Positions 1 to 10,543 of a stretch of 64,000 bases of DNA are shown here, one piece after another. Within the stretch, counting starts at the first letter, position 1. Each line of letters opens with the position of its first letter. A program made the translations under genes and the position numbers. Origin of the DNA: an uncultured virus (IMG/VR IMGVR_UViG_3300003394_000004) (lineage: Duplodnaviria > Heunggongvirae > Uroviricota > Caudoviricetes); the IMG/VR virus record IMGVR_UViG_3300003394_000004, positions 1 to 64,000 of that record; one strand, 5' to 3'. The notes under the pieces were generated by a model. It was not told the DNA's origin and ran no database searches. It worked only from the letters and a program-made list of their open reading frames with translations.

Positions 1-246
1 AAATATCGTTATGGTGTAAAAGATAAAAAATGGTTTGGTAAGAACTTGGCCAATGGAAAAGAATTTGATTTATCTACTATTACAACAACTATAGCCAATT
101 TGAACAATGCATTTCCAAATGCTATGGAAGAAGAACCACTACAAGCGGCAAAACCTGTGACACCAAATCCCGAAACAGCAACAGCAGGTGTTGTGCAGGA
201 ACCGGCAACAGCAACACCAGCACCAGCAACACTAGCAGCTAGATAA
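1..246 (+). CDS. partial hypothetical protein (C-terminal part, Ala/Pro/Thr-rich tail)
   Basis: Frame is open from base 1 to the TAA at 244-246, so the true start lies upstream of the window. Confidence 0.6.
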   Translation, partial: KYRYGVKDKKWFGKNLANGKEFDLSTITTTIANLNNAFPNAMEEEPLQAAKPVTPNPETATAGVVQEPATATPAPATLAAR

Positions 247-299
247 TTATTATAATGAATAACTATTCATTAAACTAAGTTAATTACTATAATATTCTT

Positions 300-485
300 A
301 TGGACAAAAACGAACAAAAGGCTCAAGCATATAACAACTTGTTATTTCAACACGGTAGAGTTACCGAACAAATTAGATTAATCAAAGCTGATAAATTTGA
401 GCCAACTGAAGATGACATCAAACAAATCAAAGTTCTTGAAATGCAACAACAAAGAATTATGATGGAAGTCAACAAACTTTTTTAA
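300..485 (+). CDS. hypothetical coiled-coil protein
   Basis: ORF track, 61 aa, ATG start. Confidence 0.65.
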   Translation: MDKNEQKAQAYNNLLFQHGRVTEQIRLIKADKFEPTEDDIKQIKVLEMQQQRIMMEVNKLF

Positions 486-571
486 TTTAAAAGTAAAACA
501 ACATTACTTTCATAGTATTTATAACTAATAAGGTTTATTAAAACCATAAACTAATTAGTATAAATAAAATT

Positions 572-655
572 ATGAACTTTTTAATTGTTGGTATTGTACT
601 TATTTGTGTTGTCAGTGTTAGTTGGTGGTGGGGTAATAGAGATAACAAAAAGTAA
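572..655 (+). CDS. small membrane peptide (MNFLIVGIVLICVVSVSWWWGNRDNKK)
   Basis: Read by eye; single hydrophobic segment; stop overlaps the next ATG (TAATG). Confidence 0.45.
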   Translation: MNFLIVGIVLICVVSVSWWWGNRDNKK

Positions 656-2073
656 TGAAAAAATTAATTCGTAAAGATGTCACCTGTGATAATTGTGGAT
701 GGTCTTGGGACATAGAACCTGATGACAAACATCCATATTTATGTCATCAATGTGGTCACGAAAACACTAAAGGTGAAACTGATGAAGGTGCAGGACCATA
801 TGATGCGCCAGCCTATCAAATGAAACCTGACCATGTTCATTTTAAACATCAGTACAATGAACAAAATGATAACAAAGGATATTTATTACAAATGGGACGT
901 AAATCTATACTACTAGAACAATATGGTGATGAAGCTGAGTTATTTAAATTAGCCAGCGCATATTACAGAAAAAATGGTAAAGTAATGACCATTAAAGTAC
1001 TTGAAAAAATATTACATACTTTAAGTAAAAGGGATGAGCCACACAGAGCTAAATCACAAGAGTTTCCACCATCGTTAAATTTACAAGAACAAACTAGTCC
1101 CGAAGTTAGAGAAAAAGTTCGTAGAATACAACGTAAATTAATATCTCTTGGATATAATTTAGGTTCAAAAGGTGCTGATGGATTTTGGGGTAAATTAACC
1201 GATAAGGCTTGGAAAGATTGGAAATCAGGTAAAAACCCCAACCCAATAACTAAAATACAGGGATTGGATAAAAATCCTAAGAATAATATATCTAAAAATA
1301 ATGTTTTAGTTTCAGACTCATTAGTTAAACAAGATATCTTATTTGACCCTAACAAAGAAACAAAACCATTCAAATGTACGGAAAAGGGTTGTGCTGAATG
1401 GGTCTCAAATCAATTGGATGATTTAGGTCTCCAAAGACAAGGAAATGCTTGGCACTCACACAATATTGGACAAAAAAATATGGAGTTCTCACCATTCAAA
1501 AATCTTAGTCCAAACACTCAAAGACAAATGGCAATTCTTTTTAGTAAAATAAACTCCAATCCCACAGAAAAAAGTCAAGAAGGTAATGCAAAAAATTTAG
1601 TTATGAGTTTAATACCAAACCAACAAGGTTTGAAAAAAATATTAAATGTTAATGATGTTGTTGGTCTTTTTTGGAATGGCTCTGATAATTTTACTAAAGC
1701 TTTCTTTGAAGGTGCAACAGGATATGATGAAATGGGTGGTGGTAGTAAAGTAACCAATGGTCCATATTTTATGACTAAAAATGGTCAACCTTGGAACCCT
1801 TCAGATTTAAAGAAAAAAATTGAATTTATACCTGGTAATAGTTTGAAAAATGGTTCTGGATTTGGTATTAATACTCACTTGGGCTATGTTGGAGCTATTG
1901 TAAATGGTGAACCTATTATATTTCACGCTGTACATGGCACCGTACATGCAACACCTTTAAGTAAGATGGGTAACACTAAAGTAATTTGGGTTAAAACAGG
2001 ACCAACTGGTACCGTTGTTAATCCAGAAGAAACATCTCCAAGTTGGTGGGAATCATTCACTAGATTATTTTAA
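655..2073 (+). CDS. peptidoglycan-binding domain protein with CHAP/NlpC-P60-like amidase and N-terminal Zn ribbon
   Basis: CxxC..CxxC at the N-terminus; IQRKLISLGY..GADGFWGKLT (PG_binding_1-like); GCAEWVS..GNAWH..THLGYV Cys/His motifs. Confidence 0.7.
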   Translation: MKKLIRKDVTCDNCGWSWDIEPDDKHPYLCHQCGHENTKGETDEGAGPYDAPAYQMKPDHVHFKHQYNEQNDNKGYLLQMGRKSILLEQYGDEAELFKLASAYYRKNGKVMTIKVLEKILHTLSKRDEPHRAKSQEFPPSLNLQEQTSPEVREKVRRIQRKLISLGYNLGSKGADGFWGKLTDKAWKDWKSGKNPNPITKIQGLDKNPKNNISKNNVLVSDSLVKQDILFDPNKETKPFKCTEKGCAEWVSNQLDDLGLQRQGNAWHSHNIGQKNMEFSPFKNLSPNTQRQMAILFSKINSNPTEKSQEGNAKNLVMSLIPNQQGLKKILNVNDVVGLFWNGSDNFTKAFFEGATGYDEMGGGSKVTNGPYFMTKNGQPWNPSDLKKKIEFIPGNSLKNGSGFGINTHLGYVGAIVNGEPIIFHAVHGTVHATPLSKMGNTKVIWVKTGPTGTVVNPEETSPSWWESFTRLF

Positions 2074-2074
2074 T

Positions 2075-2878
2075 ATGAAAAAAATTATAAAACTTTCTGA
2101 GTCTGATTTAGAAAAAATCATTAAAAAGGTTTTAATGGAACAAATGATTTCAAATCCAAATATTCAATATAGTGATACACCATCATCAATGACTTCGGGA
2201 CTTATATCGTCAAAGAATAAAAATGAAGACTTAAATCTAATTAGTAAATATAGTTGTGTACCAACAGTATTTAGATACCCTGTTTATATTTTATTAAAAA
2301 AAGGTTACAATCCTCTTTTTCTAAAAACAGCATTAGGTATTATAGGTAGAGAAAGTGATTTTGGTGGGAGTGATAGATTTACATATCTAAACCCATTAAA
2401 GACATTATACGCTTATGTTGGTGGTCAAACATCTGTTGGTTATGGACAGGTTAAACCAGAAACCGCCGCTCAGTTTGGAATGGATATTTCTGATTTGAAC
2501 ACCGCGATAGGTGCGTTAGGTGCGGTTTATCAATACGTTGTTAAAAATTACAATACCGCAAGAAATGTTGGATATAACGCAAACCCATCTTCAAACTTTA
2601 AAGACGGAACTGAAAATTCTGCGTTAGATATCTCAATTGTTGGTTTTAATACGGGACCTGATAAAATTGTAAAATATTGTGAAACTAATAATCCTGATTT
2701 AAAGAGGGATTGTAAACTTGCAGGAAAAACAACAAAAGAAAATTTAAATGTCTTTAACAGGCCCGTAACTAACTACATCCCAAACTTTAAAACTGAAAGA
2801 TGGGATGGAGTTAATATATCAACACATGGTTATATAAAAGAAGTTGCTAATAATATTAAAAAATATACTTGTTTTTAA
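2075..2878 (+). CDS. lysozyme/lytic transglycosylase-like protein
   Basis: IIGRESDFG and GYGQVKPETA resemble SLT motifs I and II; start moved to ATG 2075 (MKKIIKLSESDLEK). Confidence 0.55.
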   Translation: MKKIIKLSESDLEKIIKKVLMEQMISNPNIQYSDTPSSMTSGLISSKNKNEDLNLISKYSCVPTVFRYPVYILLKKGYNPLFLKTALGIIGRESDFGGSDRFTYLNPLKTLYAYVGGQTSVGYGQVKPETAAQFGMDISDLNTAIGALGAVYQYVVKNYNTARNVGYNANPSSNFKDGTENSALDISIVGFNTGPDKIVKYCETNNPDLKRDCKLAGKTTKENLNVFNRPVTNYIPNFKTERWDGVNISTHGYIKEVANNIKKYTCF

Positions 2879-3570
2879 TTGAAGTTACCGGCAATATATA
2901 CAACTGGTTCGTGAATTTTAATTTTTCTTTTGATAAAAGAAGGAATTGCTTTAATTGAGTGAGAATATTCTTTTGTACCAATACTCAAATCAACTGAAGA
3001 ACCACTATCTAAAATAATACCGTTAACAATACCTTGTTCTTTGGCGTAAGTTACAATATCATCCATAGTAACAAAAACCAATGGATTAGAATGAACAATC
3101 ACCATCTCACCATTTTTGTTTTTACCTAATAAAAGTCTCATTGTATTTTCTTTTGAGTGTCTCTGATATAACATAGATTTATTAACAATACCTTCTTTAA
3201 TTGCCCAAACAATACTTTGAGATAGATAATCGCATTTTTTTACTTTACCAAAAACAATATTAGGTTTACCGTTTTTAACCACAAATGAACCACCTTTATT
3301 AGTTTGTGAATTTTCTTTTTTACCGTTGATTACTAATCCACCTATAACATCATTCTTTTTTGTGAAAAAATTAGAGTTAACATAAAAATCATAGTTGTTT
3401 TTATTCTTGGTAACTTCAAAAGATGTTTTACCTTCTTTGAATGTAATTGTATGATATTTTAAGTTTGATTTAATAGAGATGAAATCAGAATCATAAACAT
3501 CATAATAGAATTTTTTGAAAGATATGCCAATCAAAACAATCAACAGGATAAATAAAACTTTCTTTTTCAT
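2875..3570 (-). CDS. phosphodiester glycosidase (NAGPA-like) family protein, membrane anchored
   Basis: N-terminal TM segment; NSNFF, GLVING, R..LG and ILDSGSS (LDGGGS-like) motifs. Confidence 0.6.
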   Translation of the reverse strand: MKKKVLFILLIVLIGISFKKFYYDVYDSDFISIKSNLKYHTITFKEGKTSFEVTKNKNNYDFYVNSNFFTKKNDVIGGLVINGKKENSQTNKGGSFVVKNGKPNIVFGKVKKCDYLSQSIVWAIKEGIVNKSMLYQRHSKENTMRLLLGKNKNGEMVIVHSNPLVFVTMDDIVTYAKEQGIVNGIILDSGSSVDLSIGTKEYSHSIKAIPSFIKRKIKIHEPVVYIAGNFN

Positions 3571-3638
3571 ATAACAAAGATAAGTATACTATTTGACTTT
3601 TCAAAATCATTTTTGTATTTTGTTCTATTTATAATCAT

Positions 3639-3959
3639 ATGGGACGTTTAATTTTAACTGAAGATGACAAAAATGATATTAAATTACAATATCAAGGAAG
3701 TATTGATAAAAAGTTTTATGATTTTTTAAAGTCAAATATTGAAGTTGAAAGTAGAACTGTTGATTTTTCTGACAAACCATTTGTTTTAATGTACGTTAAT
3801 GGTAAATCAAGATTATTAAATAATTCCAAAAAGTACTTGGTTAATGTTTTATTAAATGCCTACGGTGATGATTTTCCTAATTTAAATGATGCTTCAAAAA
3901 GATTGACAGCTAAGAAGTATATTGATGAGTTAAAAAAACAATATTTTTACGAAGATTGA
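3639..3959 (+). CDS. hypothetical protein
   Basis: ORF track; TATTTAT motif 6 nt upstream. Confidence 0.65.
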   Translation: MGRLILTEDDKNDIKLQYQGSIDKKFYDFLKSNIEVESRTVDFSDKPFVLMYVNGKSRLLNNSKKYLVNVLLNAYGDDFPNLNDASKRLTAKKYIDELKKQYFYED

Positions 3960-3987
3960 TTTCCAAAAACATAGATATTTATAATCT

Positions 3988-4359
3988 ATGGATAATTTGG
4001 AATCAATATTAGTTAGTTTCTTTAGAAACATTTATCCATTTATTACAAAATTGAAAGTGGATAAAGATAGTGATGGTGATGATGTTGAATATACATTAAC
4101 ATTATTTTGTGACGGAAAAAAATTCCAATCTTATTTACCTATATCCCCAAATTTTATTGATGGAACTGGCAAACTTAAAAAAGATTTGTTAGATAGACCA
4201 TTTAACCATTTTGTTTCTGTGACAGATAATAATCAAAGTAATGTTGGTCGTGCCAAAACATTAGAAACAAGTCTTAAAAAAGATTTTTATTTGGCAAGAA
4301 GAATGGCTGGTTCAGAATTTAAATCAGGACCAGTTACTTTACGTATTGTTTTACAATAG
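3988..4359 (+). CDS. hypothetical protein
   Basis: ORF track; TATTTAT motif upstream. Confidence 0.65.
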   Translation: MDNLESILVSFFRNIYPFITKLKVDKDSDGDDVEYTLTLFCDGKKFQSYLPISPNFIDGTGKLKKDLLDRPFNHFVSVTDNNQSNVGRAKTLETSLKKDFYLARRMAGSEFKSGPVTLRIVLQ

Positions 4360-4379
4360 TTTTTTATTATCTTTGTGGT

Positions 4380-4673
4380 ATGAGTAAAAAATCGCCCTAT
4401 TCAAATGCCTATAAAATTGGTCTTAGTATTTTTATTGTACTTGTTGTTCTTATATCAACAATTGTAATTTCAGTTATTAAATCTTGTGAACCTAAAGTAA
4501 GTAGATTCTTTAATCAAAAAACAAATATGACGGATACCGTTTTTTATGATGGTCCTGATACAATCTATTTACCAAACCCCCAAAAGATTATTGTACACGA
4601 TACCTTCCGTATTGTGTGTCACAAGAAACATTGTGAAGAGGTTAAAGTTGTAAAAGATACTACGACTAAATAA
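4380..4673 (+). CDS. hypothetical membrane protein
   Basis: TM helix; TATCTTTG promoter at 4368-4375. Confidence 0.65.
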   Translation: MSKKSPYSNAYKIGLSIFIVLVVLISTIVISVIKSCEPKVSRFFNQKTNMTDTVFYDGPDTIYLPNPQKIIVHDTFRIVCHKKHCEEVKVVKDTTTK

Positions 4674-4941
4674 TATCGTAGGTTGCTACGACAACAGCCT
4701 TAGCACCTTTTCCGTGGACAAACTCCCACGAGTCCTCAATTAACCAATTTATATTTTCGGGCCAATAATTCATTGATGTTTCAGGGTCGGTCAAAAAAAC
4801 CTTCACCTCAACCTGTTCTGTTTTTAATTGTGAAAGTGAAAACACTTGTTTTATTTCAATCCTTGAACCCACACCGAAGAACAACTCTAACTTATCTTTA
4901 CAACCTCTATTAACATAGGATTCTAATAGTTTTGCCTTCAT
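4666..4941 (-). CDS. hypothetical protein
   Basis: ORF track. Confidence 0.6.
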   Translation of the reverse strand: MKAKLLESYVNRGCKDKLELFFGVGSRIEIKQVFSLSQLKTEQVEVKVFLTDPETSMNYWPENINWLIEDSWEFVHGKGAKAVVVATYDII

Positions 4942-5080
4942 AAAATAAAGTATAATTTATTTTTGGGTTAAATGAATAAAAGACAAAAATTGCCATATTT
5001 ATTCTAGTATAGCTTCTAGTCTGGTTGCTAATTAACTAGTTCTATTTTAATTTACTTCTATAAGAACTTCTAGGGAATTT

Positions 5081-5332
5081 TTAAACTTCAGTGGTAATCT
5101 TCCATCCACTTCTTAAATGTGGTGTCTTTTTTGTTTGTTCGTTCACCATAGTATACACATCTCTTTTTAAATCAAAATATGTTCCAGGTAATGGTGCTAT
5201 ATTAACCACAATTGATGGGTCCATATAAACTGATGAATTATCTTTATCTACACAATGTAAATTTATTGATTTTAAGAATGAATACTTTTCTACTAAAGTA
5301 TTGCAAATATTTGCGGTGATTGGACAAGTCAT
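5081..5332 (-). CDS. hypothetical protein
   Basis: ORF track; TATTTAT upstream on the minus strand. Confidence 0.55.
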   Translation of the reverse strand: MTCPITANICNTLVEKYSFLKSINLHCVDKDNSSVYMDPSIVVNIAPLPGTYFDLKRDVYTMVNEQTKKTPHLRSGWKITTEV

Positions 5333-5382
5333 ATTGATAAATAAATATCTATTGATATTTATAAAAGATAAATTACCTTGAT

Positions 5383-5628
5383 ATGAAAAACTTTTTTAAA
5401 AAACTAATGGGTGATGGTTCTGATGTATCTTCTAAAAGATTCTCAGGTATCATCACATTAATTAACTTAATTGGATTAGCTTATGTGGCAACATATAAAT
5501 CTGGTGTTACACCTGAATATATGTATGATACATTGGCTTTATTATGTGGTAGTTTCTTGGGACTTACTACATTGGAAGCAATCTTTGCTAAGAAGAAAAA
5601 TTCTGAACCTAAAAAAGATGGTGAATAA
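5383..5628 (+). CDS. two-TM membrane protein (holin-like)
   Basis: SSKR motif, two hydrophobic helices and a basic C-terminus. Confidence 0.5.
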   Translation: MKNFFKKLMGDGSDVSSKRFSGIITLINLIGLAYVATYKSGVTPEYMYDTLALLCGSFLGLTTLEAIFAKKKNSEPKKDGE

Positions 5629-5695
5629 CCATTACTAAAATTAAATTTAACCCCTTAAATTTGACGTTTAAGGGGTTTTTTATTATCTTTGTAGT

Positions 5696-5905
5696 ATGTC
5701 TACGTCTGAAACCACAAAAGCGTCTGAGAACACAAAATTTGAACGTGTGTATGAAACTGAAAATACTAAGTCAGTTTGGAGATATGATTATTCCATTACA
5801 AAAAGTGGACCCGTGTCTGTAAGTATAACTTACAAAAAAGACATCTTAGAAAAAAAACAAACTCTTGGTGATTTGGTACCTAAGAAAAAAAGTCGTAAAA
5901 AATAA
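5696..5905 (+). CDS. hypothetical protein
   Basis: ORF track; TATCTTTG promoter at 5684-5691. Confidence 0.6.
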   Translation: MSTSETTKASENTKFERVYETENTKSVWRYDYSITKSGPVSVSITYKKDILEKKQTLGDLVPKKKSRKK

Positions 5906-6538
5906 TTAAAGGAGTTTCTTTTGTAGTTTTTCTATCAAAAACTTTGTTTCTGATTCGTTAAGACTATTGATAAAAGAATCCAAATTAGATTCTTTTATTG
6001 ACATAACTTTTCTTTTTTTGTTTGATTCTGGTATCACGTCAGAAACCATAGTAATCTTTCTTAACTCTATACCATTACCTTCACCATCACCATAATCTCT
6101 ATCAGTTTCATCAAAATCATAGAAATTAAAAATAGTACCACTACCTAATTCATAGAAACTTTTATATAGTTGGTCTTCAGTAAAATAACCATCTACTTGA
6201 CCTTCATAAGTAACATGTACCTGTTCATACCTATCTTCATAAGTTTCAACATCAAACGTATAATATTTTGGAACAATAACATTATCAACAGTTAATGAGT
6301 CACTTTCTAAATTATCTTCATTTTCCTCTAAAGCATTCATCCAATAATAGTAATCATCAGCCTCATTACCAAGACCTAATTGTTTTTGGTATTTGTAATA
6401 AAATTCATAAGGAACACCTTGGTCCCACTCAATATAATGTTTTGATGGCCAATCACTATCACTATCATGTTCTCTATTCCACAATTTGTAAAGAATTTTT
6501 AACCCTTGAACTAATTTTTCTTTTGGTATAGTTTTCAT
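5906..6538 (-). CDS. hypothetical acidic protein
   Basis: ORF track, 210 aa. Confidence 0.7.
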   Translation of the reverse strand: MKTIPKEKLVQGLKILYKLWNREHDSDSDWPSKHYIEWDQGVPYEFYYKYQKQLGLGNEADDYYYWMNALEENEDNLESDSLTVDNVIVPKYYTFDVETYEDRYEQVHVTYEGQVDGYFTEDQLYKSFYELGSGTIFNFYDFDETDRDYGDGEGNGIELRKITMVSDVIPESNKKRKVMSIKESNLDSFINSLNESETKFLIEKLQKKLL

Positions 6539-6539
6539 C

Positions 6540-7319
6540 TTACACGTTTTTAATACCTAAAAGTTTGGATATTTTTTGACCTCCACTGGCAATGATTGAG
6601 TTTCCACTTTCTTTTCTAGATTTCATAGCAATTGATTCCAAATCAGATATTTTGGTTACACCTTTATCAACGGCTTCATTAATTTTCTTTGCAAACTTTT
6701 GAAACCATCCGGAACCATTCCATGTGGCGTATATAAAATGAAACATTAAGTTGGGACTTTTGTTTACAATTTCACGAGCCTCTTCACTAAGATAACTATT
6801 TGATAATCTTTCGTACTCAGGTTGAATCATTTTAACAACTAACTTTCTTAATCTACTTTCTAATGGTCCACCCATGTAATAGTGTTTCCAATTGTTTTTG
6901 GCATTGGCATCATCAATTAATTTCCAAAACTCTTTACCTGCAGAAGTTTGTGCAAAACCAGTACCATACTTTCTATCCATACCCATCATAGTTTCACCTG
7001 ATTTACCCATATCGGATTTATTCATATTAGGATGATAGTAACCACCCTCTAAATTATCTATAACTTTATTTACTTCTTTTTCAAAATCAGTTGTTGATAG
7101 TTTGTCATATTCAGTATCACTTGAAGATGTTTCTGTTTCATCATCTTCATCATCTTCATCTTCATTATCAGGATTTAACGTATTTTTGAAAATGCTTTTT
7201 AAAATACTATTGGATAATGAGCCAACAACTTTATCGGCAATATCGCCCATAATATTTTGTTCATTTAAATTCATCAGTTCTTTTTGACGAGAAACCTCCT
7301 CCAATAATCTTTTGTCCAT
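6540..7319 (-). CDS. glycoside hydrolase 108-like lysozyme domain protein
   Basis: LEGGYYHP...GETMMG resembles the EGGY..GET..G motif of GH108. Confidence 0.55.
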   Translation of the reverse strand: MDKRLLEEVSRQKELMNLNEQNIMGDIADKVVGSLSNSILKSIFKNTLNPDNEDEDDEDDETETSSSDTEYDKLSTTDFEKEVNKVIDNLEGGYYHPNMNKSDMGKSGETMMGMDRKYGTGFAQTSAGKEFWKLIDDANAKNNWKHYYMGGPLESRLRKLVVKMIQPEYERLSNSYLSEEAREIVNKSPNLMFHFIYATWNGSGWFQKFAKKINEAVDKGVTKISDLESIAMKSRKESGNSIIASGGQKISKLLGIKNV

Positions 7320-7461
7320 AAATTATAAATATAACATAAATTAAAAACCCCTTCTTTATGGGAAGAGGTTTTTAATTTATTTTTTTGTAAAAATGATTTA
7401 TTGATTATTAATCAAATATATAATTACACACCATCGGAATGTCCACGGCTATTAGTTGTTT

Positions 7462-7908
7462 TTATTGATGCTTTCCATAAGTGTTGTCAAACCATTGTTT
7501 CATTTGTCCAAAATTAGATTTAATTGAAATTGGTTTTGGGTCAATTCCAAACGATTTTAAACCTGAAACCATCCCTTTTTTATAATCCCAAATTATAGTA
7601 TTTTCATCTGTTCCAGGAATCATTGCTTTACAAGGTCCATCACATAGTTTATAATTTCCATTTTGGTCAAAATCTATATCCGTAGAAGCATATGGGTCTT
7701 CATCATGTCCCCATCTAGTCTGAACATAATCATAGAAAGGTTTTTGAATTGGGTCATCTTCAGGGTATTTACTTTTTTGTTGTGAAATTAATGGTTTTGC
7801 ATTACCAACGGTTGGTTGTTCATTTAGATAATGCTTATTGGTTGCGGATGTATGCATTTCCAATATTCTATTTTTTTCTTCTTCGGAAATATTTAATAAA
7901 TTTTTCAT
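7462..7908 (-). CDS. hypothetical protein
   Basis: ORF track; N-terminal ISEEEKNRILEMH..LNEQ motif. Confidence 0.7.
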   Translation of the reverse strand: MKNLLNISEEEKNRILEMHTSATNKHYLNEQPTVGNAKPLISQQKSKYPEDDPIQKPFYDYVQTRWGHDEDPYASTDIDFDQNGNYKLCDGPCKAMIPGTDENTIIWDYKKGMVSGLKSFGIDPKPISIKSNFGQMKQWFDNTYGKHQ

Positions 7909-7951
7909 AATATTCTTTTTTTATAAATATATTTGTAATTAATAAAGTTTT

Positions 7952-8290
7952 TCAAATTGCGAAACTTTCTCCACAACCACAGGTGCGAGAGGCATTTGGA
8001 TTTATAAATTGGAAACCTTTTCCATTTAACCCATCCGAAAAATCCAATTCAGTTCCAAATAAATAAAGAAAAGATTTTTTATCTATTGCAATTTTTACAG
8101 AATTATCTTCTACTATATTATCACCTTCTTGTGGTATAGTATCAAATCCCAATTCATAAGACATTCCTGAACAACCACCACCTTTAACACCCACTCTTAA
8201 AAAATGAGTTTCCTTATTTAACTTTTGTTCTTCCAAAAGTTTTTGGATTTGTATTCTTGCTTTTTCAGATACAGTAATAATTTCCATCAT
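7952..8290 (-). CDS. iscA: iron-sulfur cluster assembly A-type carrier (IscA/HesB)
   Basis: [15 protein letters not shown] and [14 protein letters not shown] signatures. Confidence 0.95.
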   Translation of the reverse strand: MMEIITVSEKARIQIQKLLEEQKLNKETHFLRVGVKGGGCSGMSYELGFDTIPQEGDNIVEDNSVKIAIDKKSFLYLFGTELDFSDGLNGKGFQFINPNASRTCGCGESFAI

Positions 8291-9258
8291 GCTAACGGTG
8301 ATACATAAACAGAATCTTTATTTTGTAAGGCCTTTCTCACCCATCTTCCACGTTCCTCAGCCATACGTCTAACGGCAATTCGTTCTTTATTACAAGGACC
8401 ATTACCTTTAACAACCGCCCAAAACTCATCCCAATCAGGGTCAGAATAAGTCCATGTTCCGTCATCATTTTTCTTTAAATCGGCATCAGGTAATGTTAAA
8501 CCAAGTTCTTCTATCTTTGGAACGTACATACTGAAGAATTGATTTCTCATTTCGTCATTTGTCATCATTTTGATTTTCCATTTGATAAGTTTTTCAGAAT
8601 GAACTGATTGTGAATCTGGTGGACCAAAAAAATGAATTACAGGTCTCCACCATCTGTTAAGAGCATCTTGTACCATTTCTCTTTGTTGTGGTGTTCCTGT
8701 TGCAAGATAAACCGTGTTGTCATGTCCTTGTTTCAAATGGAAACTTTCTTCGTAACAGATACGTTCTAATGCTCTACAATAAGGCCCATAAGAACCTTTA
8801 GCATTTGCAAGTTGATTTACAATTGCTGCAGCATCAATCAACCACCCAATTACCGCAGTATCAGCCCAAGTCTTAGAGGGATAATTAAATACGTTGGAAT
8901 ATTTTGATTTACCCGAAATTAAATCGTTAACCATATCCTCACGTGGTTTTCCAAGAGTCTCAGCCGCAGAATATAAAAGTTGAGCATGACCAACCTCATC
9001 TTGAACTTTTGCCATTAACGCTAACTTTCTTCTAAAACCAGGTGCTCTTGTAATCCAAGTGCCTTCAGGTAATGAACCAATAATTTCTGAGTGAGCGTGT
9101 TGCTCAATCATACGGATAAGTTGTTTTCTATATTCTGATGGCATCCAATCTTTTGGTTCAATCTTATCACCTGAAGCAATCCTTGCCTCAAACTCAGCAA
9201 GTTTTATCGGGTCATCATCAACAACAAAGTCTTTGGTTAAATTTGTATTTCCGTACAT
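8287..9258 (-). CDS. paaA: 1,2-phenylacetyl-CoA epoxidase subunit A (di-iron ferritin-like)
   Basis: [62 protein letters not shown]. Confidence 0.92.
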   Translation of the reverse strand: MYGNTNLTKDFVVDDDPIKLAEFEARIASGDKIEPKDWMPSEYRKQLIRMIEQHAHSEIIGSLPEGTWITRAPGFRRKLALMAKVQDEVGHAQLLYSAAETLGKPREDMVNDLISGKSKYSNVFNYPSKTWADTAVIGWLIDAAAIVNQLANAKGSYGPYCRALERICYEESFHLKQGHDNTVYLATGTPQQREMVQDALNRWWRPVIHFFGPPDSQSVHSEKLIKWKIKMMTNDEMRNQFFSMYVPKIEELGLTLPDADLKKNDDGTWTYSDPDWDEFWAVVKGNGPCNKERIAVRRMAEERGRWVRKALQNKDSVYVSPLA

Positions 9259-9629
9259 TGTTTCTTTTGGTAATCTTCAATGGCTTGTTTTATAGCATCT
9301 TCTGCTAAAACTGAACAATGTATTTTAACTGGAGGAAGAGCCAACTCTTCAACAATTTCCATATTGTCAATTTTTAAAGCGTCAGTCAATGATTTTCCTT
9401 TTAACCACTCTGTTGCTAAAGATGACGATGCAATTGCTGAACCACATCCAAAAGTTTTAAATTTAGCGTCAGTAATAATATCATTCTCAACCATTATCTG
9501 CAAACGCATAACATCACCACATTCTGGTGCGCCAACTAAACCTGTACCAACTCTTGAGTCGTTCTTATCTAACGTTCCAATATTTCTTGGATTTGTGTAG
9601 TGGTCAATAACTTTATCTGAATATGCCAT
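9237..9629 (-). CDS. iscU: Fe-S cluster scaffold IscU
   Basis: [53 protein letters not shown]. Confidence 0.97.
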   Translation of the reverse strand: MAYSDKVIDHYTNPRNIGTLDKNDSRVGTGLVGAPECGDVMRLQIMVENDIITDAKFKTFGCGSAIASSSLATEWLKGKSLTDALKIDNMEIVEELALPPVKIHCSVLAEDAIKQAIEDYQKKQCTEIQI

Positions 9630-9656
9630 ATACAATAAATATAAAAACCCCCAACA

Positions 9657-10415
9657 TTAGTTAGGGGTTAAAATGTTATTTAGAACTTTTACTTCTTTGT
9701 AGTGAACATTTAGTTCAATTTCCCAAGGGTCATTCTTCATTTCGTAATTAGCATCCAAGACACTACCGTTAAAGAATTCGGTACTACCATTGTATGCCCA
9801 ACTATAACCTTCGTGGATATGTCCTGACAAATGAAGGATAGGTTTAACCTCTTGTACTTTGCGTTCCAAGTCTTCACAACCAGCAAAGAATTGTTGTTGT
9901 GGGATGTAATCACACTTATACATCACGGGACCATGAGTAATCACTACGTGAGTGTCCATAGGTATTTTATCCCATACTTGTTTGATGTCGTAACCTCTTT
10001 GTTTGTTGAATACCCAAAAATCACCACCAAACCAAGGAGTTGTAGGAGAACCCCAAAACTTAACACCTTCAATTTCACAACCATCATTTTCCAAGTAGAA
10101 CACATTGTCGGGCAAATTATCCAAGATGTTATTTAACCACGTTGGTTTTAATGGTGTGTAGTTTTCACCAATAAGATGTTTCTCCAACTTATTTTCATTC
10201 AAAGGGTGATGTTCATCAAAACAGATATCATGATTACCAGCAATGAAGATTTTATATTTGTGGGGTTGATTAACAAACCAATCAATAAAGTCTTCTACCT
10301 GATATCTTTCACCGCGATTACTGATGTCACCGCTGTGAATTAACACCTGACCAAAAGGAACATTAACGTTTCTGTGGAATCCGTGTGTGTCTGATATGTG
10401 TACAATGTTCATCAT
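9657..10415 (-). CDS. calcineurin-like metallophosphoesterase
   Basis: ISDTH, HSGD, AGNHD, THGP, GHIHE motifs. Confidence 0.9.
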   Translation of the reverse strand: MMNIVHISDTHGFHRNVNVPFGQVLIHSGDISNRGERYQVEDFIDWFVNQPHKYKIFIAGNHDICFDEHHPLNENKLEKHLIGENYTPLKPTWLNNILDNLPDNVFYLENDGCEIEGVKFWGSPTTPWFGGDFWVFNKQRGYDIKQVWDKIPMDTHVVITHGPVMYKCDYIPQQQFFAGCEDLERKVQEVKPILHLSGHIHEGYSWAYNGSTEFFNGSVLDANYEMKNDPWEIELNVHYKEVKVLNNILTPN

Positions 10416-10543
10416 GATGCAAAGATAGTTAATTTATTTGATATTGTTTATTATTTTTTTTCCTTTTTTTGAAACAATACTGTGAGCATCATGGTTAAAA
10501 AAAGTACCAAAGTATGACAAAGGTAAACAATCATATATTAATT

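Noticed and set aside
5000..5075. Cluster of CTAG/TTCTA words in an intergenic region
   Set aside because: Spacing is irregular and I cannot distinguish it from chance in AT-rich DNA.
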